The position numbers and the translations under genes are program-made. 64,000 nucleotides of DNA from Chthoniobacteraceae bacterium (lineage in GTDB: Bacteria; Verrucomicrobiota; Verrucomicrobiia; Chthoniobacterales; Chthoniobacteraceae). This document shows, piece after piece, positions 49,466 to 59,534 of the stretch; the stretch's first letter is position 1, and every line of letters starts with the position of its first letter. Location: the NCBI GenBank assembly GCA_031409655.1, contig JANNXQ010000066.1, forward strand, positions 1-64,000, given 5' to 3'. Below the pieces are notes generated by a model. That model saw nothing but the letters and a program-made list of their open reading frames with translations. It searched no databases and was not told the origin of the DNA.

Positions 49466-49793
49466 ACTTTGGTGCCGAAATCCAAGGTAATTCAAACCGA
49501 TAAATGAGAAGTCCGGCCCACCCGTCCGGCCTCTTCGACGAAACCGACTTTCGCCCCCGGAAATCCGCCGTTCGGAAAATCGCGGTATTGCTTATTCGTT
49601 ACCGCGTGGTGCCTCGCAAGGTCATGGGGGCGACCGTTAAGACAATAATGGCCAAGTCCGATCAGGCAAAGAATTAAGCATCAAGGGCGACGATGGAAAC
49701 GTAACACTTAACCACGCGAGACATCTCAAGACCAACGTGAATTCCAGCAGCGGCGTCATCGAGTTCGCGAACAGTTTAGCGTGGCCCAAGTGA
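49466..49793 (+). pseudogene. Degenerate fasciclin gene
   Basis: YRVVPRKVMGATVKTIMAK, frameshift, GKELSIKGDDGNVTLN...KTNVNSSSGVI...PK* aligns to the intact copy at 49884. Confidence 0.8.
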
Positions 49794-49883
49794 TAATTAG
49801 AATGCGGCGGGGGACGACTTAAAGGTCGTTCCCTCCGCACATAACCAAAAACAACAAAACAGAAAAAAGGAAACTACCTAATC

Positions 49884-50300
49884 ATGAGCACATCAACTGA
49901 TATCGTGGCCGTCGCCCTCGGCGCTGGCATCTTCAAAACCCTCTGCGCCGCTCTGACCGCCGGCGGGCTCATTCCGACGCTACAAAGCGCAGGCCCGTTC
50001 ACGGTTTTTGCGCCGACTGACGAAGCATTTGCCAAGCTGCCGGCCGGAACAGTCGAGGACCTCCTCAAGCCTGAAAACAAGGAGAAGCTCGTCGCGATTC
50101 TCACCTACCACGTCGTGGCCGGGAAAGTCATGGCGGCGGATGTGAAAACGATGAAGGCCAAGACGGTTAACGGGCAGGACCTGGACATCATCGTCGCGGA
50201 CGGCTCCGTAACCGTAAACGGTGCGAATGTCGTCAAGACCGATGTGGATGCCAGCAATGGCGTCGTCCACGTCATCGACAGCGTCGTGTTGCCTAAGTAA
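49884..50300 (+). CDS. Fasciclin (FAS1) domain protein, no signal peptide
   Basis: [30 protein letters not shown]. Confidence 0.95.
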   Translation: MSTSTDIVAVALGAGIFKTLCAALTAGGLIPTLQSAGPFTVFAPTDEAFAKLPAGTVEDLLKPENKEKLVAILTYHVVAGKVMAADVKTMKAKTVNGQDLDIIVADGSVTVNGANVVKTDVDASNGVVHVIDSVVLPK

Positions 50301-50420
50301 TTAGTCGTGGGTGGGCGGAGGGCGTGGTGCTCTCCGCCCCGACCACCTGAAGAATCTAGTCTCGAGTAATTGTGTCCCCGCGATTTCGACTCATAGGAGG
50401 GGGCTCTATTACTCCGGTGT

Positions 50421-50823
50421 ATGGTGAATGAAAGTCCGATCATGATCTTCGATGGCCGCTGTAATCTATGCAGCCGGTGCGTGCAGTTCGTTTTGACGCG
50501 GGACCGCAGAAAGCAGTTTCGGTTTGTCGCCATCCAAACTCCCGCGGGGAGGGAATTCGTCGATAGATTTGGAGTTGGTCCGCCACTGGACAGTATCGTG
50601 CTGATGGCCGATGGGGTAGCCTACATCAAAAGCACCGCGGTGCTGCACATTGCCGCCCGGCTCAACGGCCTGTGGCCGCTGCTGAAAATCTTTCTGGTCG
50701 CTCCACGTCCCATCCGCGACTGGGTTTACGATCTGGTTGGCAAAGAACCGTTACCGCTGGTTCGGCGAAAAGCTGGCCTGCATGATTCCCACCCCTGAGG
50801 TGCGCAGTCGCTTACTCTTATAA
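50421..50823 (+). pseudogene. DCC-family thiol-disulfide oxidoreductase (DUF393), +1 frameshift near 50740
   Basis: FDGRCNLC; conserved tail KNRYRWFG...C continues in another frame. Confidence 0.8.
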
Positions 50824-50886
50824 GTGCGTCCCCCCTCCTGGCGGCCTCACGCCTGCCGAAGGTCTGATCGCGTGGATCGCGAACAA

Positions 50887-51615
50887 TCATTTGAAAGGAA
50901 ATCCGCGGAGCAAAAACTCGATCGAGCCCCAACCAATCACCCCGCCGACGATAGTGGCCACGCCGGTCGCGGCACCCAGCCCGAGCGCCACTGCGGGCGA
51001 GTCCGTCCGAAGGACCGCCCGGCACCACAAGGCCAGACTTCCGGCGATGATCAGTTCGGCGACGATGATGTAAACCGGAGTGTGGCTCAGCATCAGGCAA
51101 TCGCGGTAGCGCCACCAGTTCGCACCCCACGCCATTTCCTCGTAGAAGGGAATAAGCAGCGCACCGAACAAGGCGGTGGCGAGGGTTCCGCGCAGCTTTC
51201 CGAAACGTGCGATGACTGCATCGCCAACGATTCCCGCCTGAATGGCGACCACGGCCCAGGAGAGCGGCATCCACCACGGAGACTCCAGAATCATCGCCGA
51301 GCCTGCGACGGAATAGTCCAGCGTGCCGGTGTGCCGGACGCAAAGGTAGTCGGCTACGAGTTCCATCAGCCCAAAGACTCCCGCCGAGAGGATCACCATC
51401 ACAAAACGTCGGTCGGATTGCGCGACCGCATAGCAGACAAACAAGGCGAGGTTGAGCGCGTTCAGGGCCACGGCAGTCCGCCCATCGGAGCCAGGCCAGG
51501 ATGAGCAAGCGGCGGCAAAAGCCACGGAAAGGATAACAGAAACGCCAGCGATCTGCAGACGTGCAGACGACCGCAGGTGGCTCGGCATCGAGGGCGGGTG
51601 TGACGGAAAACGCAT
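50887..51615 (-). CDS. Hypothetical multi-TM membrane protein
   Basis: Hydrophobic ORF; GTLDY, P.WMP..W, WW.Y, P.YI. Confidence 0.65.
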   Translation of the reverse strand: MRFPSHPPSMPSHLRSSARLQIAGVSVILSVAFAAACSSWPGSDGRTAVALNALNLALFVCYAVAQSDRRFVMVILSAGVFGLMELVADYLCVRHTGTLDYSVAGSAMILESPWWMPLSWAVVAIQAGIVGDAVIARFGKLRGTLATALFGALLIPFYEEMAWGANWWRYRDCLMLSHTPVYIIVAELIIAGSLALWCRAVLRTDSPAVALGLGAATGVATIVGGVIGWGSIEFLLRGFPFK

Positions 51616-51829
51616 CGCGTTTGTTACGACCTGTGAATCCGCAAAGAGCTGCCTATTCTTCACGATCGTCCTCGCCACGAACATCTCGCAACGATGAAAG
51701 GCGGCGAGCGCGATGTAGTCGGCGCTGACCGACGCCTCAATGGTCATGGGGATGGACGACGCAGCGTTTCATCGATCCCGCTGATATTGTCCGGCTGGAC
51801 TCCGTGAGCGTCACACTGCAACGCGCTGG

Positions 51830-53068
51830 CTAGCGGAGGAGAGCGTCCGCGGTGCGGAGGCCGGAGAGGATCGCGCCCTCGATGGATGCGCTGGTGAGGT
51901 GATCTCCGCAGCAGAAGATTCCGTCGATTTCCCGAAAACACGGTCCGAGCGGTCCGGTGATGGGTGGCTGCTCGGGCAGGGCGCGCGCGATCCGGTCGGT
52001 GCGGAGGTGCCGCCAGGCGCGCACTTCCGGTCCGAACCAGGGTTCGAGTTCCGCGCGGATCTGCGTTTCAAAATCCGGGATCGCGGGCGGGCCGAGGACG
52101 GAGATGGAGATGAGCGCCTGGCCCGGCGGCGCGTAGCCGGGCGCGACATCGGAGAGCACGCAGACGTTATTGATCAGGCCGCGGCCAGTGCCGTTGAGGG
52201 CGATGATGGCTTCGCACAGCGGTGATTTTCTCGCAGCGAAATAGAGTCCGGTGACGGCGCGCCAGTCGGGCTCTTTGGTCGCGAGGCCGGGGATCAACCG
52301 CGCGGCGGTCGTGGCATCGGCGGCGACGACTACGGCATCGCCGCCGAGGGATTCGCCAGACGCCAGCGTGATCTTTCGATGCGCAACTTCCGTCACCCGC
52401 GCGCCACGACGGATTGCGTCAGCCGGCAAGCGGCGGGCGAGCTGACGCGGGATTTCCTGCATTCCCTTCGCGGGCAGGGTCGCGCTCCCCCGCGAGAACA
52501 TTTGGAAAGTGAACTCAAACATCCGGCTCGAAGTGCGGAGGTCTCTTTCCAGAAAAATGCCGCCGTAAAAGGAGCGGAAAAATACGTCGATCATCCGGCG
52601 CGAGAAGCCCGCGCGGCGGAGATAAGCCTCGGTCGTGAGGTCTTCGCGGGCGGCAATGTCTTCGAGGGTCGAGCGGCTGATCCGCCACTTCAGCACGGCC
52701 ACCCGCAGCTTGTCGGCCAGCGAACCGACGGGCGCGAGCGCGCTGGCGAGCAAATGGCGCGGGTCGCGGAAAACATCCATCACCCGGTGCAGACGGCCAT
52801 CGAGATAAACGAGGGCGCCCGGCCGGAACGGGCGCAGATCGAGGCGCGGCAGGTCCAGAAATTTTCCGGCTTCCGGATACGCGTCGAGATAGACTTGAAA
52901 GCCGCGATCCAGCCGGAAGCCATCGACCACGTCGGTCCGCACGCGCCCGCCCACGTCGTCGCTGGCTTCGACGATCAACGGCTGCGATCCGGCTTCTCGC
53001 AGCCGGACGGCACAGGCGAGGCCGGCCAATCCGCCGCCGACGATGAGCACCCGTTTCTTCGGCGTCAT
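51830..53068 (-). CDS. Flavin-containing amine-oxidase / phytoene-dehydrogenase-like oxidoreductase
   Basis: VGGGLAGL, GGRVRTD..DGF.LDRGFQV, SIEGA..SG. Confidence 0.88.
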   Translation of the reverse strand: MTPKKRVLIVGGGLAGLACAVRLREAGSQPLIVEASDDVGGRVRTDVVDGFRLDRGFQVYLDAYPEAGKFLDLPRLDLRPFRPGALVYLDGRLHRVMDVFRDPRHLLASALAPVGSLADKLRVAVLKWRISRSTLEDIAAREDLTTEAYLRRAGFSRRMIDVFFRSFYGGIFLERDLRTSSRMFEFTFQMFSRGSATLPAKGMQEIPRQLARRLPADAIRRGARVTEVAHRKITLASGESLGGDAVVVAADATTAARLIPGLATKEPDWRAVTGLYFAARKSPLCEAIIALNGTGRGLINNVCVLSDVAPGYAPPGQALISISVLGPPAIPDFETQIRAELEPWFGPEVRAWRHLRTDRIARALPEQPPITGPLGPCFREIDGIFCCGDHLTSASIEGAILSGLRTADALLR

Positions 53069-53526
53069 CGTTGCCGGCTGTTTTCCCGGCGACCGACCTC
53101 GTCGCGGCGCATGGGCATGGCATCGATGAGGGTGAACCATTTCGTGAGCTTGAGCGTTTCGCGCTGGCGCGATTTTTCGCCACCGTCCTTTCCGATCAAA
53201 ATGAAAACGGCCTTCGTCTCCCGCTCGCTGAGCTTGAGTTTCTCCCGCAGCGCGGTCGTCTGCTGCGGATCGAGCCGGACGGTGCCGGGAATGCGGGCCG
53301 ACCCGGGTGAAACATCGATTACCTGCAAATCCCGCTCGTCGATTTCCGCACGATTCGCGGCGAGTGCAGCGGTAAGCTGAACGCGGGCTTCTCCTGGCGG
53401 AACGGATGCGATGATGAGGCGACTTTTCCCGCGATAAGGATCGAGAGGTTCGGCTGAAGCGTGCTCGTTCATGAGGAAAAAATGTCCGGCGAGGAAAGCG
53501 GCGTGGCAAACGTGACGAACGGTCAT
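53065..53526 (-). CDS. DUF4174-family protein
   Basis: ERDL, ILIGKDGGEK, IDAMPMRR.E. Confidence 0.85.
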   Translation of the reverse strand: MTVRHVCHAAFLAGHFFLMNEHASAEPLDPYRGKSRLIIASVPPGEARVQLTAALAANRAEIDERDLQVIDVSPGSARIPGTVRLDPQQTTALREKLKLSERETKAVFILIGKDGGEKSRQRETLKLTKWFTLIDAMPMRRDEVGRRENSRQR

Positions 53527-53711
53527 GCAGGAAGGTGATTGGCGGTCAGTCGATTTGGCGTGCGCGCGATGGAAAACGACACGTCTCAAACTAGCTGTCC
53601 GACGGGATTTTCTCCCCGTCCCCCAATGTTTGAGCCCGTGGAGGAAACCCGTGCTGCGTCTGCAAAAGCACCGAGCGATCCCGAGGCATGATGGTGCTAT
53701 GATCAGCGGAG

Positions 53712-54053
53712 TTGAACGCCGTCCTCATCCTCTTCTCCGCCATTTCGTTTCTCGGATACGGGTCGGCTTGCTTCCTTTCCCGTTCCACGGAACGCGAGTT
53801 CATTCGCTATGGCATGGGTTCACAGCGCCCGTTGGTCGGTGCGCTGCAAATCGGCGCGGCCATCGGGCTGCTGGCTGGGCTGAGCCAGCCATGGATGGGA
53901 CGCGCGGCGGCGCTCGGGTTGGCCGCGATGATGCTGATCGCGGTCGGGGTCCGAATCCGAGTGAAAGATAGCCTGCTGCAAACGACCCCGGCACTTTTCT
54001 ACCTCGTGCTCAATGCCTACCTGAGTTGGGCCGGGTTTTGGCCAAGCCGATAG
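53712..54053 (+). CDS. DoxX-family membrane protein
   Basis: EF.RYG, VGALQ, A...RIRVKD. Confidence 0.75.
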   Translation: MNAVLILFSAISFLGYGSACFLSRSTEREFIRYGMGSQRPLVGALQIGAAIGLLAGLSQPWMGRAAALGLAAMMLIAVGVRIRVKDSLLQTTPALFYLVLNAYLSWAGFWPSR

Positions 54054-54416
54054 CTAAAGCAAGGCGATGGCCGCGCACATCGCGAGCACGGCGATGGACG
54101 GCAACGCTTTCTGAATTGGGTCCTGCACTTTCAAATGCATGACGAACGCGCCCAGCATGAGCACTCCCATGACGATCGCCGCCGGCCGGGCCAGGCCGGG
54201 AATCCAGATGGCCACCAGCAGGGTCAGGGCCAGTCCGACTTTCAGCACGCCGACCAGATACATGATCCACGATGGCAGCCCGTAAGTGCCAAACTCCTCG
54301 CGAATGGTGCATGCGTCGCCTCCGCGATAAGGGGTTTTCCGGCCCGCACGCAGGATCCAGACATTCAGGATGCCGAGGGCCACGATGAGTTGCAAAGCGA
54401 TGCGGACAGTTTCCAC
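54054..54416 (-). CDS. DoxX-family membrane protein
   Basis: NVW..R, T.YRGG, EEF..YGLP, MHLKV.DP..KALP. Confidence 0.8.
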   Translation of the reverse strand: METVRIALQLIVALGILNVWILRAGRKTPYRGGDACTIREEFGTYGLPSWIMYLVGVLKVGLALTLLVAIWIPGLARPAAIVMGVLMLGAFVMHLKVQDPIQKALPSIAVLAMCAAIALL

Positions 54417-54494
54417 GGTGGATGATTGAGCCGGATTTGACTCACGAGCAAGTTGCCGTGCCGTCTCCAGACCCGCAAGCGAATCTCCGAATGG

Positions 54495-54637
54495 GCGAAA
54501 GTGCCGACGAGATCGCGCAGCAAATCAGGCAGACCATGCTGCTCGAACTCCGCGAAGATGTTTCCATAGCAGGCGACCCACACGAAGAAGATCGAAGCGG
54601 CCACCAAGGCCTGGAGGGAAATAGCCAACTCATGCAT
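54495..54637 (-). pseudogene. Truncated DoxX-family gene
   Basis: QALVAASIFFVWV..Y.NI..EF..HGLPD.LRDLVG, then homology is lost. Confidence 0.6.
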
Positions 54638-55095
54638 GCGTCGCCTCGCATCGCGACTCTGGCAGGGATTGGAGCGGAAATTCGCGCGCCTCGCAGTGCC
54701 GCCCATTCCATGGGACTCTTCCAGATTGCCACTGCCGGTGACAGTGGAAGCAGGAGCACTCCTACGTTCGACAAGGACCAGAAGGCTCTCGCCGAAGCCG
54801 CAGCCACCCGCGTCCTGTCCCTTGCCGGCCAGCGGAACCGGCATAGGACACCGCCTGCGCGCATCCGGCGGGACAATGCGAGACAGGCGTCCCCACCTGT
54901 CATCAAACAGCGATGAGCAAGTTGGCGCCCGGACATCCGCTCACACCCACTCCGCGCACATCAGCTCCGCCTGCGCGAGCACGGTCTTCACCGCCTCCTC
55001 CTGCAAGTCCGGCGGGTAGCCGTGTTTCTTCAGGATGCGCTTCACCATCACTTTGATTTTCGCTCGGGCGCTTTCGCGGTGTGTCCAGTCGATGG

Positions 55096-55179
55096 CCTGG
55101 CGAAGTGCGAATGCAGAAGTGCGAATTACGGAGTTCCGGCCATTCGACATTCCGAATTCGTCATTCGACATTTGCCCCG
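55096..55179. repeat. Heptamer inverted-repeat cassette replacing part of hsdR
   Basis: cgaagtg cgaatg cagaagtg cgaatt ... cattcga cattccg aattcgt cattcga catttg. Confidence 0.75.
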
Positions 55180-55273
55180 GTCCTTGGCGAGTTTGATCAG
55201 CTCTTCGATGACCTGCATCGTCGAGATGGCTCGATTGTGGTAGGCGTTGAGGGTCTTCTTGAGTTTCTCGCTG

Positions 55274-55353
55274 AGCCGAGCCGCTGGAGCGTGCGAGACA
55301 GACAGCGCGAAGCGATGGGCGAAGCCCGCAGGCATGGGAATGCCGGAGCCAAC
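55274..55353 (+). mobile_element. Structured mini-insertion element (copy in hsdR)
   Basis: AGCCGAG..GAGACAG..CAAC; removal restores QSQVFSEK. Confidence 0.75.
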
Positions 55354-55486
55354 ACCTGGCTCTGCACGAGGTTGCGTTTGGAGCGGACTTTGAGTTCGTC
55401 CTTGAGCAGCTTCTCCAGCAGCTCGGCGGCGACGTTCTTGTGTTTGAGGCCGCGCACTTCGGCGAGGAATTGGTCGCTCAAGATGC

Positions 55487-55571
55487 AGCCGAGGGAGCGT
55501 GCGGAGCGACCGAGACAGACAGCGCGAAGCGCTGGGCGCAGCCCGATTGAGCCGGGGGCGAAGGAGTCAAA
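55487..55571 (+). mobile_element. Structured mini-insertion element (copy in hsdR)
   Basis: AGCCGAG..GAGACAG..CAAA; splits PDI/ILSD. Confidence 0.75.
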
Positions 55572-55729
55572 TGTCCGGCTTGGGCAAACCGGCGGCGGTG
55601 AAGACGTCGATCACCTGGCCTTCGGTGGTGATGGCCTTGCTGACGAGCTGGCGGATGGCGGCGTCGATCTGCTCGGGCGTCTTCCGGTTAGTGCTGCTCT
55701 GCTTGTTCAGCGCGGCTTGCAGGGCTTGG

Positions 55730-55814
55730 AGCCGAGCCGACTGGCGGGAGGCGAGACAGACTGCCGCAGGCAGCCCGCAGGGCGAACCCGCCGAGAGGCA
55801 GCGGGTGAGGCAAC
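55730..55814 (+). mobile_element. Structured mini-insertion element (copy in hsdR)
   Basis: AGCCGAG..GAGACAG..CAAC; splits RDDVS/FQAL. Confidence 0.75.
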
Positions 55815-56046
55815 AAACTCACGTCGTCGCGGATCGCGGTGGCTTCATCGCTCGCGGCGCAGAGGGCAAAGGCGCGGGAAAGCTCCGTCACCACTTGCAC
55901 CCAGCGCTTCTTGCCGTCTTCCTGTTCGAGGATGTGTTCCTGTCCGGCGGGGATGAGCGCGAGGCGTTCGGTGGGTTTGCCGGTGGTCCACTTGTCCCAG
56001 TTGAAACCGCGCATCAGGTCGCAGGCGATGCCGTGTTTCTCCAGCA

Positions 56047-57561
56047 TCACGGCGATGGCTTGCGCGGTGTCGAAGGTCGAATTCCCCTGGCCGCCGCTCT
56101 CGGTGTAGGTGACGAGCGCCTTGGCCTGACTCGCAGCATGCTCACGAGACCTGCCGCCAACGTCAACACGGCTCCGATCCCAAGACCGATCCGAGGCGCT
56201 GCACTGGCGGATGTCAGAGTGAAAAGCAAGCTCACGACAACCGCACCGGCGGTTTGCCCAAACAGCCGGGCGGTGCCCTGCATACCTCCCGCCGCGCCAC
56301 TCCGCGCGCTCGGTGCGGAGAGGAACATGTTGCGGTTGTTGGCCACATTGAAGAAGGCGAAACCGATGCCGCATAGCATGGTGAACGGCACGAGCGGCAG
56401 CGGGTTGCCCTTCAGCGGCCACAGAGCGACGGCCCCAAGCCCAATCGCGAGAAACAAACCCCCAAAGGCGCAAAGCCAGGCTGGCGACACGCGGTCCGCG
56501 AGACGGCCCGCGAATGGAGCCGTGATTGCCACCGCCAACGGCCAAGCCGTCATGTATAGTCCTGTCATCCAAGTGTCCTGCCCAAGCCCGTGCTGGAGGT
56601 AATAGGGTAACGCAACCATGCCTGCGGTCTGCCCAGCGAAGCAACACACCGAGGCGATCACCGAGTAGCGGAATGAATCATCACGCAGCAGGTCTAGCGG
56701 GATCAGCGGCACCTTTTTCGGCATCTCCCGCTGAATCAGCGCAACCAGTTCAAGAGCTGCTGCGGCGAGAAGAAACACACCTAGCATCGGCCTAGCTGGT
56801 AGCATTTCCGCACCAACCACCAACGAAGCAAAGGCTCCGGCGTTCAATGCCACACTGACCAAATCCAACCGACGTGCTGTCCCGCCGACCTCGGGCAGCG
56901 CGCGGGTGGCGAATAGCACCAACACACCCAAGGGCAGGTTGATGGCGAAGAGCCACGGCCAGTCCGTGGCTGAAAGGATCGCAGCACCGAGCGACGGGCC
57001 GGCGGCAGCCGCCAACGCTACGGCAAGGGCGTTCCAGCCGATTGCAGCGCCGAGTCGTTGCTTTGAAACGACGACACGCAGCAGTGCGACGCCGAGAGCC
57101 ATGACGGCAGCACCCCCAAGACCTTGGAGGAAGCGGGCCGCGACAAGCCAAGACAGCGATGGTGACAACGCGCACAACACGGACGCCCCCGTGAACAGCC
57201 CAACACCCGCCGTAAAGACTCTGCGATAACCCAGGCTTTCTCCGAGTGCGGCGCAGGGCAGCAGGGCCATCAGCAGCGCAGTCTGGTAGGCGGTAATTAC
57301 CCAGACCGACATGGCTGGCGTCACATGGAGGGAGCGCGCGATTGTCGGCAGAGCGACGTTTGCTATGGCTGCGTCCAGCACCACGAGCACCATGGCCGCC
57401 AGCACGGAGGCGATTGCGGTCTTGCTCCCTAGATTGCGCACGTCCGGCACTGAGACATCGCTTTGTTCCGGTGATTCCGCCCGGTGGGTCTTGGAGGATG
57501 GGGCATCGAAAGCGATGGGGCCGGGTGCCAAAAGGCGTCCACTGGATTGGCTAAGTGGCAT
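56047..57561 (-). CDS. DHA2-type MFS efflux transporter (3' end runs into the hsdR remnant)
   Basis: LD.AIANVALPTI, W...AY, ARFLQGLG, W.WLF.INLP.G. Confidence 0.9.
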   Translation of the reverse strand: MPLSQSSGRLLAPGPIAFDAPSSKTHRAESPEQSDVSVPDVRNLGSKTAIASVLAAMVLVVLDAAIANVALPTIARSLHVTPAMSVWVITAYQTALLMALLPCAALGESLGYRRVFTAGVGLFTGASVLCALSPSLSWLVAARFLQGLGGAAVMALGVALLRVVVSKQRLGAAIGWNALAVALAAAAGPSLGAAILSATDWPWLFAINLPLGVLVLFATRALPEVGGTARRLDLVSVALNAGAFASLVVGAEMLPARPMLGVFLLAAAALELVALIQREMPKKVPLIPLDLLRDDSFRYSVIASVCCFAGQTAGMVALPYYLQHGLGQDTWMTGLYMTAWPLAVAITAPFAGRLADRVSPAWLCAFGGLFLAIGLGAVALWPLKGNPLPLVPFTMLCGIGFAFFNVANNRNMFLSAPSARSGAAGGMQGTARLFGQTAGAVVVSLLFTLTSASAAPRIGLGIGAVLTLAAGLVSMLRVRPRRSSPTPRAAARGIRPSTPRKPSP

Positions 57562-57563
57562 GG

Positions 57564-58109
57564 TCAAGCAGTCTTCAGCGTCCAGACGCCATTCTGTTCA
57601 ACATACCTCGTCACTCGGTGGTCCTCTTTGTCCTCTTTCTTCAAATCCCGCTCTGTGAAACGGAAGAGCAGTGCGGGTCCAGAAAGGCAACGGGTGTCGT
57701 GAATATCTCCCGGCAGATACACCTGCACCTGTCCAGCACGCACGATGGTGGAATTCCTTTTCACCAGTTTCACGCCGCCACTCTGGTCCTCGATTCGGGC
57801 ATACGTTCCCATCTCGACTTCGCCTTGCTGAATCGCATAGATGACCCACGCCCTGCCGTGGTCATGCGGCGGTCGATAAAGCCCCGCAGGTTCCGTGTGC
57901 GCCAACAGCATGAACCCTTGGGTCGGATGCCGGAACAGCTCCTCGTAGAGCGGAGCTTGGCGGTGCAGCGCCGCCAACCACTCTTCCGAGTCTGGCGCTT
58001 TGACGAGTTCCTCCAAATGCTGGCGACAACCAGCGACCACTTCGGAAGTCAGTGGTCCCCAAATCGACCCGACTCCATCAACAAACTTTTCCAACGAGTT
58101 ATTAGTCAT
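57564..58109 (-). CDS. Cupin-fold (cysteine-dioxygenase-like) protein
   Basis: PPHDHG..W..Y, PGDIHD. Confidence 0.75.
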   Translation of the reverse strand: MTNNSLEKFVDGVGSIWGPLTSEVVAGCRQHLEELVKAPDSEEWLAALHRQAPLYEELFRHPTQGFMLLAHTEPAGLYRPPHDHGRAWVIYAIQQGEVEMGTYARIEDQSGGVKLVKRNSTIVRAGQVQVYLPGDIHDTRCLSGPALLFRFTERDLKKEDKEDHRVTRYVEQNGVWTLKTA

Positions 58110-58258
58110 AGTATTTCTTTTTGTTCGGCGCGGATGCACCTGATTCAATTGTTCGTCCGGAGGTTAGGCCGAGCACGCACGCGGCGGAAGGCGCGCCGTT
58201 TGCACTGTGTTCATGCACCAGACGCCACATCTCTTTTGGATTGTGCTACGATCGGCGC

Positions 58259-59191
58259 ATGGAAAAACCCGACCTGAACCTGCTTGTCACCCTGGATGTG
58301 CTCCTCGCGGAAGGCAGCGTGGCGCGTGCGGCCCGACGCTTGCGGCTTAGTCCGTCGGCGATGAGCCGTGCGTTGGCGCGACTACGCGAGACGACGGGTG
58401 ATCCTCTACTGGTCCGGGCCGGGCGCGACCTCGTTCCCACTCCGCATGCGCTCGAACTGCGCGAACGAGTCGCTCTGCTCGTGCAGGACGCTGAAGCCGT
58501 TCTCCGCCCCGTCGAGAAGCTCGACCTCAAACAACTCGACCGAATGTTCACGCTGCGGACCAGCGAAGGCTTTGTGGAGAACTTCGGACCGACTCTCATT
58601 GCTCGCATCCGGGAGGAAGCTCCGGGCGTGCGGCTGTGCTTTATGCAAAAGCCCGACAAAGACAGCGCGGCTCTACGCAGCGGGATCGTCCATTTGGAAA
58701 CCGGTGTGGTGGAAAAGACGACGGCTCCCGAACTGCGTGTGCAGGCATTGTTCCAAGATCATTACGTTGGCGTCGTGCGAGCAGGTCATCCGTTGAGCAA
58801 AGGCAAGATGACCTCCGTCCGCTACGCTGGCGGCAAACATATCAGCGTTTCGCGCCAAGCTCTTGAAAAGGGGCCGTTCGATGAAGTTCTGGAGCCATTG
58901 GGTCTTCAACGGGAAATCGTCGTGGTCGTCGGCGGCTTCTCGACCGCGCTGGGCCTGGCTCGGGCTTCCGATCTGATCGCCAGCGTTCCCGAACGACACA
59001 CCGGAAACCTGCGCGCCGGAATGCATAGCTTCCCACTTCCGGTCTCAGTGCCGGAGTTCACGGTTTCAATGCTCTGGCACCCGCGATTGGACGCCGATCC
59101 GGCACATCGCTGGCTTCGCGGGTGCGTTCGGGACGCGTGCGCGGACCAATTCGCCGATTCATCGTCACCTGAACGAGTGGCCAAAGGCTGA
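58259..59191 (+). CDS. LysR-family transcriptional regulator
   Basis: DLNLL, SV..AA.RL.LSPSAMSRALARLR...DPL.VR, D.AH.WLR. Confidence 0.93.
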   Translation: MEKPDLNLLVTLDVLLAEGSVARAARRLRLSPSAMSRALARLRETTGDPLLVRAGRDLVPTPHALELRERVALLVQDAEAVLRPVEKLDLKQLDRMFTLRTSEGFVENFGPTLIARIREEAPGVRLCFMQKPDKDSAALRSGIVHLETGVVEKTTAPELRVQALFQDHYVGVVRAGHPLSKGKMTSVRYAGGKHISVSRQALEKGPFDEVLEPLGLQREIVVVVGGFSTALGLARASDLIASVPERHTGNLRAGMHSFPLPVSVPEFTVSMLWHPRLDADPAHRWLRGCVRDACADQFADSSSPERVAKG

Positions 59192-59206
59192 AGCGTTATC
59201 GCGAAC

Positions 59207-59301
59207 GGGGTGAAGATTTCCAACGGGAACAATTGCGCGTCCACAGGATGCTTGTCATCGGTGGTCGCGACATGGAAGCAGGCGCGGTGAGTGTGCGCCT
59301 C
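59207..59301 (+). pseudogene. thrS: Fragment resembling the threonyl-tRNA synthetase C-terminus
   Basis: G.KI.N, frameshift, VH.MLVIGGRDMEAGAVSVRL. Confidence 0.55.
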
Positions 59302-59534
59302 AGTATTACGCCGTCGGGCGGGAGCGAGGATATTTTCGCTTGAACGGAGAGGAGATTACGCTCGCCATTCGAACCAGCCGGATCTTTGAGAAAGTGGATA
59401 AACTCTGGAAACAAGTTCATCATCACGGGTCGATCGAAGACGCAGAACTTTTGTCGAAGTATCAGGGTGCCGTGATGGGGCAGAAAACGTAGTGGTTCAA
59501 TTCTGGGAGCGGGGAGTGAGGGGGTATGGTAGAT

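Larger units (their letters stand above)
54941..56128 (-). pseudogene. hsdR: Type I restriction subunit HsdR, C-terminal remnant with four insertions
   Basis: YTESGG, ELSRAFALC, IRQLVSKA, VIDVF.AAG..KPDI.ILSD.FL, YHNRAI...[26 protein letters not shown]. Confidence 0.9.

Noticed and set aside
54640..54915. Possible alpha/beta-hydrolase remnant or ORF 54422-54916
   Set aside because: No continuous motif in any frame.
55274..55814. Inserts as self-splicing introns or ribosomal bypass elements that keep hsdR functional
   Set aside because: Far too short for group I/II introns, present in both orientations relative to their host genes, and hsdR lacks its N-terminal two-thirds anyway.
58140..58200. 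Additional attC near GTTAGGC at about 58163
   Set aside because: No matching RYYYAAC end or convincing palindrome.
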